Shown here: positions 1 to 9,246 of the stretch, piece after piece
How positions within the stretch are numbered: position 1 is the first letter of the stretch
Layout: the number at the start of each line of letters is the position of its first letter
Assembly: GCA_937921695.1 (NCBI GenBank)
Contig: CAKZTZ010000007.1
Location: forward strand, 49,719-113,718
Length of the DNA stretch: 64,000 nt
From: an uncultured Sulfolobales archaeon
Lineage (GTDB): Archaea > Thermoproteota > Thermoprotei_A > Sulfolobales > Acidilobaceae
Direction of reading: 5' to 3'
Notes under the pieces: model-generated
Seen by the model: only the letters and a program-made list of their open reading frames with translations
Databases searched by the model: none
Told to the model about the DNA's origin: nothing
Translations under genes and position numbers: made by a program

Positions 1-609
1 TAACCCTTTGAGGCTCCTCGAGCTCCTGCAGTCCCCGAAAGAGGCTTCAGAGCCGCCCTCAGAGGCTTTAACATTGACGCACACGCTGGCGCTCGTAGCC
101 TTCTCCTCCACGCTCCCCCCGAAACTGTTGGCTATAACTCTCTCCCAGGCGCTTAAGCTCACGTCAGCCTCCACTACTTCAAGCTTGGGGTCTATCCTTC
201 TAGCTAAACTATTAGCCTCCAAAAGCCCTCTCGCAAGGCCCTCAACATCTGGATATTCAACGCTCTCATCGTAAACCCCGGAGACGGGGGAGGCTCCCAG
301 CCTCTCGGGCAGGCTATGCCACCAGGGGTCTTCGGCTGAAACCCTGGCTATCTTAACCACCCTCTCGGCCAGGGCTTCAACGTCAGCCTCCCTCTTGATG
401 GAGCCTCCCCCTACGGCGACTCTTCTGCCGACGGCTATCCTAAGGCCTAGAGCCGTGGCTTTACCCGCGCGCGCAACGTTAACCCTTCCCTTGATCACGT
501 CTATGGTCGTCTGCACCCCTGAGACTATATAGGCTTCAGCCTCGCTGGCCCCAAACTTTAAGGCTAGGTTGACCGCTTTCAAAGCGGTTTCCTCCAGGCT
601 ATGCTCCAC
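1..609 (-). CDS. pmbA: PmbA/TldE-family protein (TldD partner), N-terminal ~203 codons; the gene continues beyond the left edge
   Basis: Not in the ORF track because it is edge-truncated. My translation of the minus strand from GTG at 607-609 reads (M)EHSLEETALKAVNLALKFGASEAEAYIVSGVQTTIDVIKGRVNVARAGKATALGLRIAVGRR... and stays open to position 1. The start overlaps the tldD stop by 11 nt, the usual tldD-pmbA pairing. Confidence 0.65.
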   Translation of the reverse strand, partial: MEHSLEETALKAVNLALKFGASEAEAYIVSGVQTTIDVIKGRVNVARAGKATALGLRIAVGRRVAVGGGSIKREADVEALAERVVKIARVSAEDPWWHSLPERLGASPVSGVYDESVEYPDVEGLARGLLEANSLARRIDPKLEVVEADVSLSAWERVIANSFGGSVEEKATSASVCVNVKASEGGSEASFGDCRSSRSLKGL

Positions 610-1990
610 CCACGATCACCCTCTTAACCCTAACGTGGGGGCCTCCGAGGCCCACTCTAACCATCTGCCCTCCCTTCCCGCATCCTCCGAAGACGCTGGT
701 TTCAACCTTGAGGTCTCCCCCTATTCCGGTAATGTTCTTAAGTAGCTCCAGTATGTTGCCAGTTATAGCTACGCCCCTTACAAGCTCTACGGGCTCTCCA
801 TTCTTAACTATGTATGAGGGGCCTATGGTGAAAGTGAAGACGCCGTTAGAAGTGTCCACCTGCCCTCCCCCAACCATCCCTTTACCTTTTAAGTAGACTC
901 CGTTAAGCCCTTCAAAGAGCTCTTCAACCCTCCAATCTCCGGGTTCAATATAATAGTTTGTCTGCCTAACTATAGGCTCATTACCGTAACTTTGAGCCCT
1001 CCCGTTCCCCGTAAGCTCAAGGCCTACCTCCCGGGCTACAGCCCTACTAGTCAAGTAGCTTTTCAACACTCCACGTTCAACGATCAGGGTTTTCCTTTTA
1101 ACGACACCTTCATCATCAAAGTATACCGGATAACCCCCCTCGACAAGCCCCTCATCAACTATTGTAACCCCACTCCCAGCTATAGACTCGCCGATCTTAC
1201 CGGATATAACGGAACTCCCAGCGACTATGTGGTCGCCCTCACTCGCATGGCCTAGAGCTTCATGCACTAAAACCCCTACGACATCATTATCTATAACCGC
1301 CTCGTAGGAGCCTGGAGGAGCAGTCCCAGCTTTCACGACTTTCAAAGCCAGCCCATCGACATCGTCTGCGAACGCCCTTAAATCCATCGACTCCATAGTC
1401 TCAAATCCTCCAACGAAACTCTTCGAGTCGCCAACCCTCTCATAAATGCCTGCATACTTAGCTACTACAATATGTGAAAACCCGGAGAGTACTGTGAGGC
1501 TTTCAGCCTCAACACCTTCACTAGTCACAACATACCTATAATCCCTCTCGAAACCAAGCCTCGTAACAGCGGAGGAAATACCCTCCTTAGAAGAGCTCTC
1601 CCTATTAACTTCAAGGACCATATCAACCTTAACCCCGGGCTCTACAGAGAACGGGTCAATCATAAAGCTACTCCTAAAAGAGCCCCTCCAACCATCAACA
1701 AAACCAGGCTTAAAACTAGGCCTCGAAACCCTAGCCATGGAATACGCCCCCTCAACAGCAACCTTTAAACCCTCACGGCTCACATCGCTAGTGAAATAGA
1801 AACCCCTACCCCCACTCGAGTAAACCTCAACTCCAACACCCGAGTGAACACTAAAACTATAATCTCTCAAACTACCCCCATCAGCCATAACATGCTCCAA
1901 GAGCCTCTCATGAAACCTAACAATAACCAGGTCAACACCCATGTTTTCAGCATGCCTGAGAGCATCTAAAATTAAATCTTTCAAATACAA
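599..1990 (-). CDS. tldD: TldD-family zinc metalloprotease
   Basis: 463-aa ORF with the HExxxH motif in VLVHEALGHASEGD. The length and the Gly-rich C-terminal region are typical of TldD. It is followed by a PmbA-like gene. Confidence 0.85.
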   Translation of the reverse strand: MYLKDLILDALRHAENMGVDLVIVRFHERLLEHVMADGGSLRDYSFSVHSGVGVEVYSSGGRGFYFTSDVSREGLKVAVEGAYSMARVSRPSFKPGFVDGWRGSFRSSFMIDPFSVEPGVKVDMVLEVNRESSSKEGISSAVTRLGFERDYRYVVTSEGVEAESLTVLSGFSHIVVAKYAGIYERVGDSKSFVGGFETMESMDLRAFADDVDGLALKVVKAGTAPPGSYEAVIDNDVVGVLVHEALGHASEGDHIVAGSSVISGKIGESIAGSGVTIVDEGLVEGGYPVYFDDEGVVKRKTLIVERGVLKSYLTSRAVAREVGLELTGNGRAQSYGNEPIVRQTNYYIEPGDWRVEELFEGLNGVYLKGKGMVGGGQVDTSNGVFTFTIGPSYIVKNGEPVELVRGVAITGNILELLKNITGIGGDLKVETSVFGGCGKGGQMVRVGLGGPHVRVKRVIVGGA

Positions 1991-2507
1991 AATACATCAC
2001 CACATGAAAAGCCCTCCCCACACATAAGCTCTACTTTAGCGGTTTTTATAAAAGTTTATAAGAGTTTTATTAAATATCACTCCATATAAACTCATAATGG
2101 TCTTGAAACCATATACCCCCCCTACTACCCCAAAAAGGGGAGAGGGGCCTGTTGAGCCCCAAGGGCTTTAGGCTGATATCAGCCGATATGAGAGCCAAAC
2201 TCCTCATAAGAAGAACTTATCGTTTAAACTAAGGGGGTTCGCGCCTCATAGTGGTTGATACTACTTGATATTTGCAGCTCCTTAGCCCTTTCCCTCTTAG
2301 TAATGACTCATCCTAGGTGTCCCCACAGCCTTTATGGAGGGCTACTTTTCTGTGGAAGATATTCAGCCCTGGGAAACTGTACATTATGAACTCGGCTACT
2401 TTAAACTTTTATGAAGACAGTTTAAAGTTCCATAAGGCTTAGAGATAATTGTATGAAGTTTGATTAACGTTTCATTGATAATTCTAGTAGTGTAGAATAA
2501 ATTAAAG

Positions 2508-2515
2508 TTTAAAAG
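2508..2515 (+). promoter_or_regulatory. TATA-like box (tttaaaag) about 26 nt upstream of the GTG at 2537; suggests a leaderless transcript for the S-layer-like gene
   Basis: An A/T octamer centred about -26 from the start codon. No Shine-Dalgarno-like GGTG lies between them. Confidence 0.3.
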
Positions 2516-2536
2516 TCTTGAGGAAAGCTTAGGCTT

Positions 2537-5500
2537 GTGAGCGTGATGTTTGAGATGGTTGAGAGCAGGGTTGCCGCCCTCTTTGTTCTGGCTTTAATCG
2601 TGTTCTCTCTAAGCCCAGTGTCGCGGGCGGAGGCGGGGTTTCTGGTGTTGACTAACTCTATTGTGGTTCCTGAGGGTCTTGTTGGCTTTAGGCTTGACTA
2701 TAAGGGGGCTAGGGGTTCGGGTGTTCTCACTGGTTTGGGGTTGGAGTTCTATGTTTCTGGGGACGGTTCCCCGGTTATAAGGCCTTATGATGTTCTCGTT
2801 GCCAGGGTTGTTGCGTCTCCCGGGGTTGAGGCTGTTTTCGGGACTTTGAGGCTTCCTAGTAATGTTACACTTTATAGGCTCCTCTGGGCTTCTTCAGGGA
2901 CTCTTTATGTTAAGGTTACTGATGGTTTTGGAGTTGTTGTCGCCGGCGTTCCTGTTGATCTCAGTTTTTCTAAGCTTTCGAGGGCTTTACAGCTCTTTAA
3001 CACGAAGCTTTCCGCTGTTAACAATAGTAAGCTTGGGGTTTCAGACCGCACCGTGCTTATTATTGATTTGAGCCCTTACAATCTTGGAAGCATCCTGGGC
3101 GGTTTAGAGTATAATGTTACTAGGATATTATCTGAGGAGGCTACATTTAAGCTTTTAGAATATAGCAAGCTCCTAGGGGTCTACTATTCGGAAGTCTTCA
3201 GCACTGTCAGCGTTAATTCTCACGGCTTCATGTTCACAGCTTCCTTGAGAGGGTTAAAGGACTTCCCCCTAGAGGCGCCGGAGAAAGTTGATGGGAGGCT
3301 CGGCGTTAACATTAACTATGAAGACTTCAACCTCGAATATTTAGGCGGAGTGTATAGGAACTATACTAACGCCATAAAAGTCGAGGAGGGCAGGCAAGTC
3401 AACAGCCTGCCCCAAGACTTTGACTGGGAAGTCGACGTTAGAGTGAGCTTAACGTGGCCCAAGGATATAACCGTAGATATATACCCGAGCGTAACAGTAG
3501 ACTCTATCAACAGGAACACCGCTGGCAGGACGGGAGAGCTTAACGTAGGAGATAAGGTAAGCGTTACTTTGAGAAACTTCCCGGGGAACGCCGGGATACT
3601 AGGAGAATTCTATGTATACGGGCCGACACTACAACTCCTAGGTAATGTAAGCGTTGACCAGAAGACCGACGCTTCAGGCAGAGCGTCACTAACAATAACA
3701 CTACCACCCCTACCCTACGGGGGGAGGTTTATAGCCCTAGCTTTCAAAGCTGGGAGCGAGACCCTCTACAGGGGAATCCCCGCAGCCAACGCTACAACTA
3801 TGGAAATTTACAGGGAGCGCGTTATGCCTCATGTGTGGGCGTGGACTTTTAACATTAGAGGCGAAGTCTCTAAAGCTCATGATATAGCTCCTGGAACCTA
3901 CATCCTCGTTATAGGTAGGGGCTTCCTAGAAGAACGGTTAGAGTTCGAAATATATGATGCCCCTATGAAGAACAAGATTACAACACTAGTAGTTAGAGAA
4001 ATGATAGGGGTCCTCGGTAACGGGAGTTTCGCAGCCATAGTCCAAGTGCCTGGAGTCGGCCACGGGATTTCCCCGGAGCTCCACTCTAGCATTGTTACTT
4101 TAATGGTTAGAGGCATGTGGACAGCCTATAATGTAGGGTGGCTTTCCAACATAGCCGCAGACCCGGGGATACACTATCTAAGCATAGACCTCCACGGTGC
4201 AGCGGCCATGGTGTATATCAACCCTATCCCTGAGGTTGGCAGTGTCGTAGACCCGGCAGCTAGCAGGATAAGGCTAGGCTTAAACCCAGCTTATCCATAT
4301 AATGCTATGTGGGAGCCTGAAGCTAGGAGGGTCATCACTGTAGAAGCTATAGGATTGGATATAAGAAGGATTGGAGCTATAGCTAGAGTGTCCCTGGTTA
4401 GCCTTGAGAACGTGGTGCCCGGGGTAGGTGGTAGAGTTGAAGCCTCCCTATTCGACAGTCAGCCAGTAGTTTTAGGCTATTTCAAGGCAACCTATGGAGT
4501 ACCCGTGGTACCTCACACGCCTGGAGGCTACTTTGTTAAAGTCGAGAACATTAACACGTCATATGCTGTGGGGAGTGTTGGAGACAGAAGGTATACTGTT
4601 AGAGTTAACGCTACCATGGCCCTTATAGACCCTTGGGATAATGTTACTAAGAAGGAGATATTTTTAGTGTCGCCTCAGGACCTTAGGGCTGTAGGTTACG
4701 GGTGGGCAGCCAACTTAACCATATTATATGATGTTTCTCCAGTTGTAGGCGCTATTAACATATTCCTAGGCTCCTCTAATGTCAACGGCACTTTTATAGG
4801 GCAGGTTAACCTTACAGCGTACATAAAAGATCCTGGGGTTTACGAGGTGTTGTTTAAGCAGAGGGAGAATAGGACCTCGCCCGCTTACGAGCTGACTTCT
4901 AGGGTCACAGTGATAGTGAGGATAGTGCCTCCGCTCTCCGTGAAAATAGATGTGGGCCAGGCAGGCTACGGGGACTTGCCTGTAATAGTGTTTTTCTCAG
5001 TATTCTTCGGGAACAAACTAGCTACAATTGACAAGGTTAGAGATGTTGCTTTAGAAGTTCACGCTCCAGGCCTAGGGGTTGCCCTGGTGCCTCTAAAACC
5101 TCTAGATTCAGCGCTCCAGAGGGCAGTATATTACGCTATAGTAGATCCTGTATGGCTCTTCACCGGTAAAGTGCTAGGTTCTAGTTTAATGTTCATAGCT
5201 TATGCTGCAGCAAGGTTTGACCCTAAAGTTCCAGAGCAGGAAGCCCACACTACTGCTGCAACGCACGTGCCCCCGGTGACTCTAGCTAGCCAGATAGCTT
5301 TAGCGGCTTCCAGCGAGAAAGCGTTAGACGACATTCTCACCACCTTAAACTATCTACTAGCGAGGGTTAACATCCTCCAAGATTCTATGGAGTGGGGTTT
5401 CGAGCTTACTAGGAGGGACATAGCTAACGTTAGACTAATGATGTTAATAGTACAGTCAGGGTTCGAAAACGCTGTTAAGGCAATACTAGATATGAGTCGA

Positions 5501-6250
5501 GTTAGCGGGGAAATCCTCGCAACACTCTCAAGGGTTAACGCCACAATAGTCGGGGGCATAGCACTCGTCAGGGCGGACGTAGAGGGGCTCAGGGACTTCC
5601 TTAAAGCTGTTAACGCTAGCATAGCCAACATTATAGTTGGTAAGAGCGGGGAGGTCAAGGCGGCCATAGTAGACGCTCAAGGCCGGATAATGGGGGTTTT
5701 AGAAGCTAACACCCTAGCCTTAAAAGCAGTAGCAGGCAACATGTCTATACTAAGAGGAGACATAGCTGGGGCTTCCGCGCTAGTTAAATCGCTTTCAGAC
5801 GCTCTAGCAGCGTTTAGGCTCGAGACTTTAAGCATGAACACTGTTATAATCTCGACACTCGAATCTTTGAGAACAGATGTAAGCATTGTTAGAACTGAAG
5901 TATCTGAGTCTAAAGCTATCATAACCGGCTTAAAGGGGAGCGTCGAGAAAATAGACACGGCCCTCGTAAGGGTTCATGGGGAAATTTTAGCGGTCAGAGG
6001 GGCTGTTGAGAAGTTGAACGCTGAGATGCCTGATGTAGCTAGAAAAGGAGACTTGAGTGGTGCTGTCTCCAAGATAGAAACTTCAATACGAGAGGCTAGA
6101 AGCTCCCTAGAGGATAGTATAGGCGGTGCTGTAGAATCTATAGGGTTAACTGTGAGAAACTGGAGTCTAATCATAATAGCTGTTTTAATCCTCCTCACAA
6201 TAGCCTTCCTAGCAGCTACTCGGCTCCTAGCTAGGAGGGCTCCTCTCTAG
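2537..6250 (+). CDS. Large secreted, membrane-anchored surface glycoprotein; S-layer protein candidate (globular N-terminal ~900 aa, ~300-aa coiled-coil stalk, C-terminal TM anchor)
   Basis: 1237 aa. The N-terminal signal-like segment is VAALFVLALIVFSLSPVSRAEA. There are about 20 N-x-S/T sequons (NVTL, NYTN, ANATT, NINTS, ANLT, NVNGT, ENRTS, VNASI...). The Ala/Val/Leu/Ile/Ser-rich periodic region runs from about aa 900 to 1200. The terminal TM segment is NWSLIIIAVLILLTIAFLAATRLLARR. Confidence 0.6.
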   Translation: MSVMFEMVESRVAALFVLALIVFSLSPVSRAEAGFLVLTNSIVVPEGLVGFRLDYKGARGSGVLTGLGLEFYVSGDGSPVIRPYDVLVARVVASPGVEAVFGTLRLPSNVTLYRLLWASSGTLYVKVTDGFGVVVAGVPVDLSFSKLSRALQLFNTKLSAVNNSKLGVSDRTVLIIDLSPYNLGSILGGLEYNVTRILSEEATFKLLEYSKLLGVYYSEVFSTVSVNSHGFMFTASLRGLKDFPLEAPEKVDGRLGVNINYEDFNLEYLGGVYRNYTNAIKVEEGRQVNSLPQDFDWEVDVRVSLTWPKDITVDIYPSVTVDSINRNTAGRTGELNVGDKVSVTLRNFPGNAGILGEFYVYGPTLQLLGNVSVDQKTDASGRASLTITLPPLPYGGRFIALAFKAGSETLYRGIPAANATTMEIYRERVMPHVWAWTFNIRGEVSKAHDIAPGTYILVIGRGFLEERLEFEIYDAPMKNKITTLVVREMIGVLGNGSFAAIVQVPGVGHGISPELHSSIVTLMVRGMWTAYNVGWLSNIAADPGIHYLSIDLHGAAAMVYINPIPEVGSVVDPAASRIRLGLNPAYPYNAMWEPEARRVITVEAIGLDIRRIGAIARVSLVSLENVVPGVGGRVEASLFDSQPVVLGYFKATYGVPVVPHTPGGYFVKVENINTSYAVGSVGDRRYTVRVNATMALIDPWDNVTKKEIFLVSPQDLRAVGYGWAANLTILYDVSPVVGAINIFLGSSNVNGTFIGQVNLTAYIKDPGVYEVLFKQRENRTSPAYELTSRVTVIVRIVPPLSVKIDVGQAGYGDLPVIVFFSVFFGNKLATIDKVRDVALEVHAPGLGVALVPLKPLDSALQRAVYYAIVDPVWLFTGKVLGSSLMFIAYAAARFDPKVPEQEAHTTAATHVPPVTLASQIALAASSEKALDDILTTLNYLLARVNILQDSMEWGFELTRRDIANVRLMMLIVQSGFENAVKAILDMSRVSGEILATLSRVNATIVGGIALVRADVEGLRDFLKAVNASIANIIVGKSGEVKAAIVDAQGRIMGVLEANTLALKAVAGNMSILRGDIAGASALVKSLSDALAAFRLETLSMNTVIISTLESLRTDVSIVRTEVSESKAIITGLKGSVEKIDTALVRVHGEILAVRGAVEKLNAEMPDVARKGDLSGAVSKIETSIREARSSLEDSIGGAVESIGLTVRNWSLIIIAVLILLTIAFLAATRLLARRAPL

Positions 6251-6291
6251 CTCTCTTTCTTCTCATCTCTTTTCTCATGTAAACAGCTTAT

Positions 6292-7104
6292 ATGGGCTCA
6301 GCTACTAGTATATGGAGGGTGCCCTATTTGAATGTTGCCCTAGCCGTTAACGATGACGGCTTTGAAAGTGTCGGTTTAAGGATTCTCGTGGAGGAGTTGA
6401 ACCTAGCAGGGTATAGGGTTTATGTTTGCGCCCCCTCAACCCAGATGAGCGGTATTAGTAAGGCTGTGAGTTTCAAGAGGTTTGGCAGGGATGGGCGCGT
6501 CTCTTATAGGGAGGCTGTTTTTGCGGGCGCTGTTAAGTCTTGGGTTTTAAACGCTACCCCCGCGGAATCAGTCTTAATATGTCTTAAAGCCCTGCTCCCC
6601 GAGCCCCCCTCTATGGTAGTTTCAGGAGTTAACATGGGGCCTAACCTTGGCCTTGAGGATTTCTTGACTAGCGGGACTGTAGGGGCTGCTCTCGAAGCGT
6701 CGCTCCACGGAGTGCCCGGGATAGCTGTCAGCCTGGCAGCCCATAAAGTTTCAGAAGAGCTTCACTACAGGGTTGCGGCTAGGATAGCTTCAAAGTTAGC
6801 CGTTGAAATGTCCAGGTATAAGACGGGCTCTAACCTAGTCAACATTAACGTCCCCCCTAACCCTAAAGGAGTCATGATTACCAGGCTCGCGCTCAACCCT
6901 TACAGGCCTAAATTCAAGATCACCGGAGACTTGATAGAAGTTATAGATGATACTCTAGAAGAAAGATACTGGGATAGGGAGCCTGGCACAGACGTCTGGG
7001 CCGTTATGCAAGGATACGCCTCCATCACTCCTCTGAACGTGAACCCGTCAACCTTCGGGGCGGGCGAGGCATTTATAAAATTGAGTGAGATAATTCCTAA
7101 ATAG
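6292..7104 (+). CDS. surE: 5'/3'-nucleotidase SurE
   Basis: NDDG motif (LAVNDDGFESVGLRILVEEL) and SGVNMGPNLG, with typical length. The in-frame TTG at 6328 (LNVALAVNDDG) gives a more typical N-terminus than the track start. Confidence 0.85.
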   Translation: MGSATSIWRVPYLNVALAVNDDGFESVGLRILVEELNLAGYRVYVCAPSTQMSGISKAVSFKRFGRDGRVSYREAVFAGAVKSWVLNATPAESVLICLKALLPEPPSMVVSGVNMGPNLGLEDFLTSGTVGAALEASLHGVPGIAVSLAAHKVSEELHYRVAARIASKLAVEMSRYKTGSNLVNINVPPNPKGVMITRLALNPYRPKFKITGDLIEVIDDTLEERYWDREPGTDVWAVMQGYASITPLNVNPSTFGAGEAFIKLSEIIPK

Positions 7105-7132
7105 TAGGGTAGAGTAGGCTAGGTGGGGGGCC

Positions 7133-7948
7133 TTGGCTAGCAAGCAAGCTTACGCTATTATAGCAATATACCTTTTAGTTTTATCTAGCACGCCTCTCAT
7201 AGCAAACTTCCTAAGCGGTGAGGAATGGATAGGGTTCGACACAGGAGCTTACTATTATAAGAATGAGCACCTCGAAGTAAGGCTGGCGGGCCTCCCTGAA
7301 GGTGTTGGGAAACCTAGGATTTACGTTTACGCCCCCAACAGTTCCTATATGCCAGTATTAATTTTAGATGTTAACGATAGGGAGAGTACTGTTGAAGGCT
7401 TTAGCCTCTTCTATGACGTCATAGATGTTAAAATAATAGCGGCAAACAACACGCTATCAATGACGTATGTATTAGGGGATTTCAATATAACAAAGACTAT
7501 TATAACTGCAGACACCACGGTAACAATAGAATACCGTGCTACTGAGGCTGTGAGGTATAGTATAGTAGTTCATGGCAGGAACTACACGTCTGTAAACGGC
7601 TTATACCTGAGAGACTATATTAATAAAACGTTGAAACTTGAGAGAGTAGAGAGCGTTAACTTCGAGCTCCACAGTAAGCCTGTGGGTGTGGGTAGAGTAT
7701 ACTTGAACTTCTCGAGCCCTGTAGACATTGAGGTTGAAGAGGAGGTTAAGGGTGCAACTATTATAAGAGTGCTCTGGAAGGGTGAGAGGCTAAGTATGAC
7801 TGTTAGGGGCTATGTTGAGCCTCAAAAACTAAGCCCTGTAACATCCACTTTGTCAAGCTTATTAAACCATAGAGTAACCCCCATAATACTACCTTTAATA
7901 ACCTTAATGATAATACCCTTAGGGTGGATTATTTGGAGAAAGCTTTAA
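7133..7948 (+). CDS. Hypothetical bitopic surface protein (N-terminal signal/TM and C-terminal TM, several N-glycosylation sequons)
   Basis: 271 aa. The N-terminal hydrophobic segment is AYAIIAIYLLVLSSTPLIANFL and the C-terminal TM is VTPIILPLITLMIIPLGWIIW. Sequons include NSS, NNT, NIT, NYT, NKT and NFS. It overlaps the next gene by 25 nt. Confidence 0.5.
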   Translation: MASKQAYAIIAIYLLVLSSTPLIANFLSGEEWIGFDTGAYYYKNEHLEVRLAGLPEGVGKPRIYVYAPNSSYMPVLILDVNDRESTVEGFSLFYDVIDVKIIAANNTLSMTYVLGDFNITKTIITADTTVTIEYRATEAVRYSIVVHGRNYTSVNGLYLRDYINKTLKLERVESVNFELHSKPVGVGRVYLNFSSPVDIEVEEEVKGATIIRVLWKGERLSMTVRGYVEPQKLSPVTSTLSSLLNHRVTPIILPLITLMIIPLGWIIWRKL

Positions 7949-9228
7949 AACTAGCCCTCCTAGCGGCCACTCTAAGACTCATAGTAGCCCCATTCTTCGC
8001 CCACATATGGGATGTAGCCACTATTCAGGAGACCATGTTCTACACTTTTTCAGGAGAGAACGTCTACAGGATAGTCTACACTCTCTCGGAGAAAGTTCAG
8101 GAGAGCACGGGTCTCCAAACGCTCTTCTATGAGGGTTACGCTTACCTGCCACACTTAATACTCATAATATGCCCTTTTTATTTCCTATACACGCTGATAG
8201 GCGGGGATCCCAGGCCAATTAAGGGTATTGAGGGGTCGCTGGCGGTCAGCCTATATTATAAGATAAACTTCTACATGTCTGGAGACGTTTTCCTCTTCCT
8301 CTCTATAGTCAAGCTCCCAATGATAATAGCGGATTCCATCATAGTCTATACTTTATATAAGATCGGATACGGGAGGGCTGCAACAATATACGCTTTAAGC
8401 CCCTACGCAATATTCATAACAGGCATGTGGGGCATGTTCGACTCTATAGTAGCTTTATGCCTACTGCTCACACTAATACTCTTAGACCGTCAAAAGCATG
8501 CCCTAGCAGGGTTACTCTACGGTTTTAGCCTGGTTAAAATCTACGCTGCAATACCCCTCCCGGTTATCCTAGCCTTCTTGTTGAGGAGGGGGAAACGTTA
8601 CCTCATATTGTTCCTGGCGGGTTTCGCTGTCTCTCAAGTGCCCACGCTCTTATTCGCTCTCCTAGACTTCAAGTCCATGTTATACAGTGTATTCTTGGTT
8701 CACATGTTTAGGCAGCCTAGCGGTTTAACGCCCCTGAGGGTTTTGAACTTAGCTGAGAACATGGAGGTGTCAATAGTTGTGGGCCTGGTTCACACAGCGA
8801 TCTCAATAGCTGTCTACATAGCCATACTATATGTTCTAGTCAAATATAGGGTTGATATGTGGAACGCCTTCACAATACTCCTACTCTACTTCCTAGCCTT
8901 CAGTAAGGTCGTCCACGAGCAATACTACATCCCACTATACCCTCTTATGCTTTTTAAGGATGAGAGGAGGGCTAGAATTGTAGAAGCTTTATTCCTAGTT
9001 TATGGTGTTATTAATGTAGGTGTTTTCCTCCCAGCTCCCATAGCTCTCTTCATAATAGATTACAGGTTTGTCAAGTTCCATTCAAGCCTAATATATAGTG
9101 ACCTGGGGCTTCTACTAGCAAACATGATAGGCCCCATACTCATGTTCGCTTTATCCTTGACTGTGTTCATGGTTATTCTTAAGATTCTTTTAAATAGTTT
9201 AAAGTCTTCCCTAACACCTTCTAGGTAG
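7924..9228 (+). CDS. Polytopic integral membrane protein, possibly a GT-C-type glycosyltransferase
   Basis: 434 aa with about 11 hydrophobic helices and an acidic residue in the first loop (FFAHIWDVATIQE). The function is inferred only from topology, length and context next to surface-protein genes. Confidence 0.4.
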   Translation: MDYLEKALKLALLAATLRLIVAPFFAHIWDVATIQETMFYTFSGENVYRIVYTLSEKVQESTGLQTLFYEGYAYLPHLILIICPFYFLYTLIGGDPRPIKGIEGSLAVSLYYKINFYMSGDVFLFLSIVKLPMIIADSIIVYTLYKIGYGRAATIYALSPYAIFITGMWGMFDSIVALCLLLTLILLDRQKHALAGLLYGFSLVKIYAAIPLPVILAFLLRRGKRYLILFLAGFAVSQVPTLLFALLDFKSMLYSVFLVHMFRQPSGLTPLRVLNLAENMEVSIVVGLVHTAISIAVYIAILYVLVKYRVDMWNAFTILLLYFLAFSKVVHEQYYIPLYPLMLFKDERRARIVEALFLVYGVINVGVFLPAPIALFIIDYRFVKFHSSLIYSDLGLLLANMIGPILMFALSLTVFMVILKILLNSLKSSLTPSR

Positions 9229-9246
9229 TGAAAGCATGCTTCCAGA

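Noticed and set aside
8-274. 88-aa plus-strand ORF at the left edge
   Set aside because: It is antisense to a clearly PmbA-like minus-strand frame. Its Ser/Leu/Pro/Thr-rich low-complexity translation is typical of shadow ORFs.
5350-6198. Three long minus-strand ORFs (105, 93 and 74 aa) inside the 3' part of the S-layer-like gene
   Set aside because: They are artefacts of the periodic Ala/Val/Ser/Leu coiled-coil coding region. They have no motifs and are entirely nested antisense.
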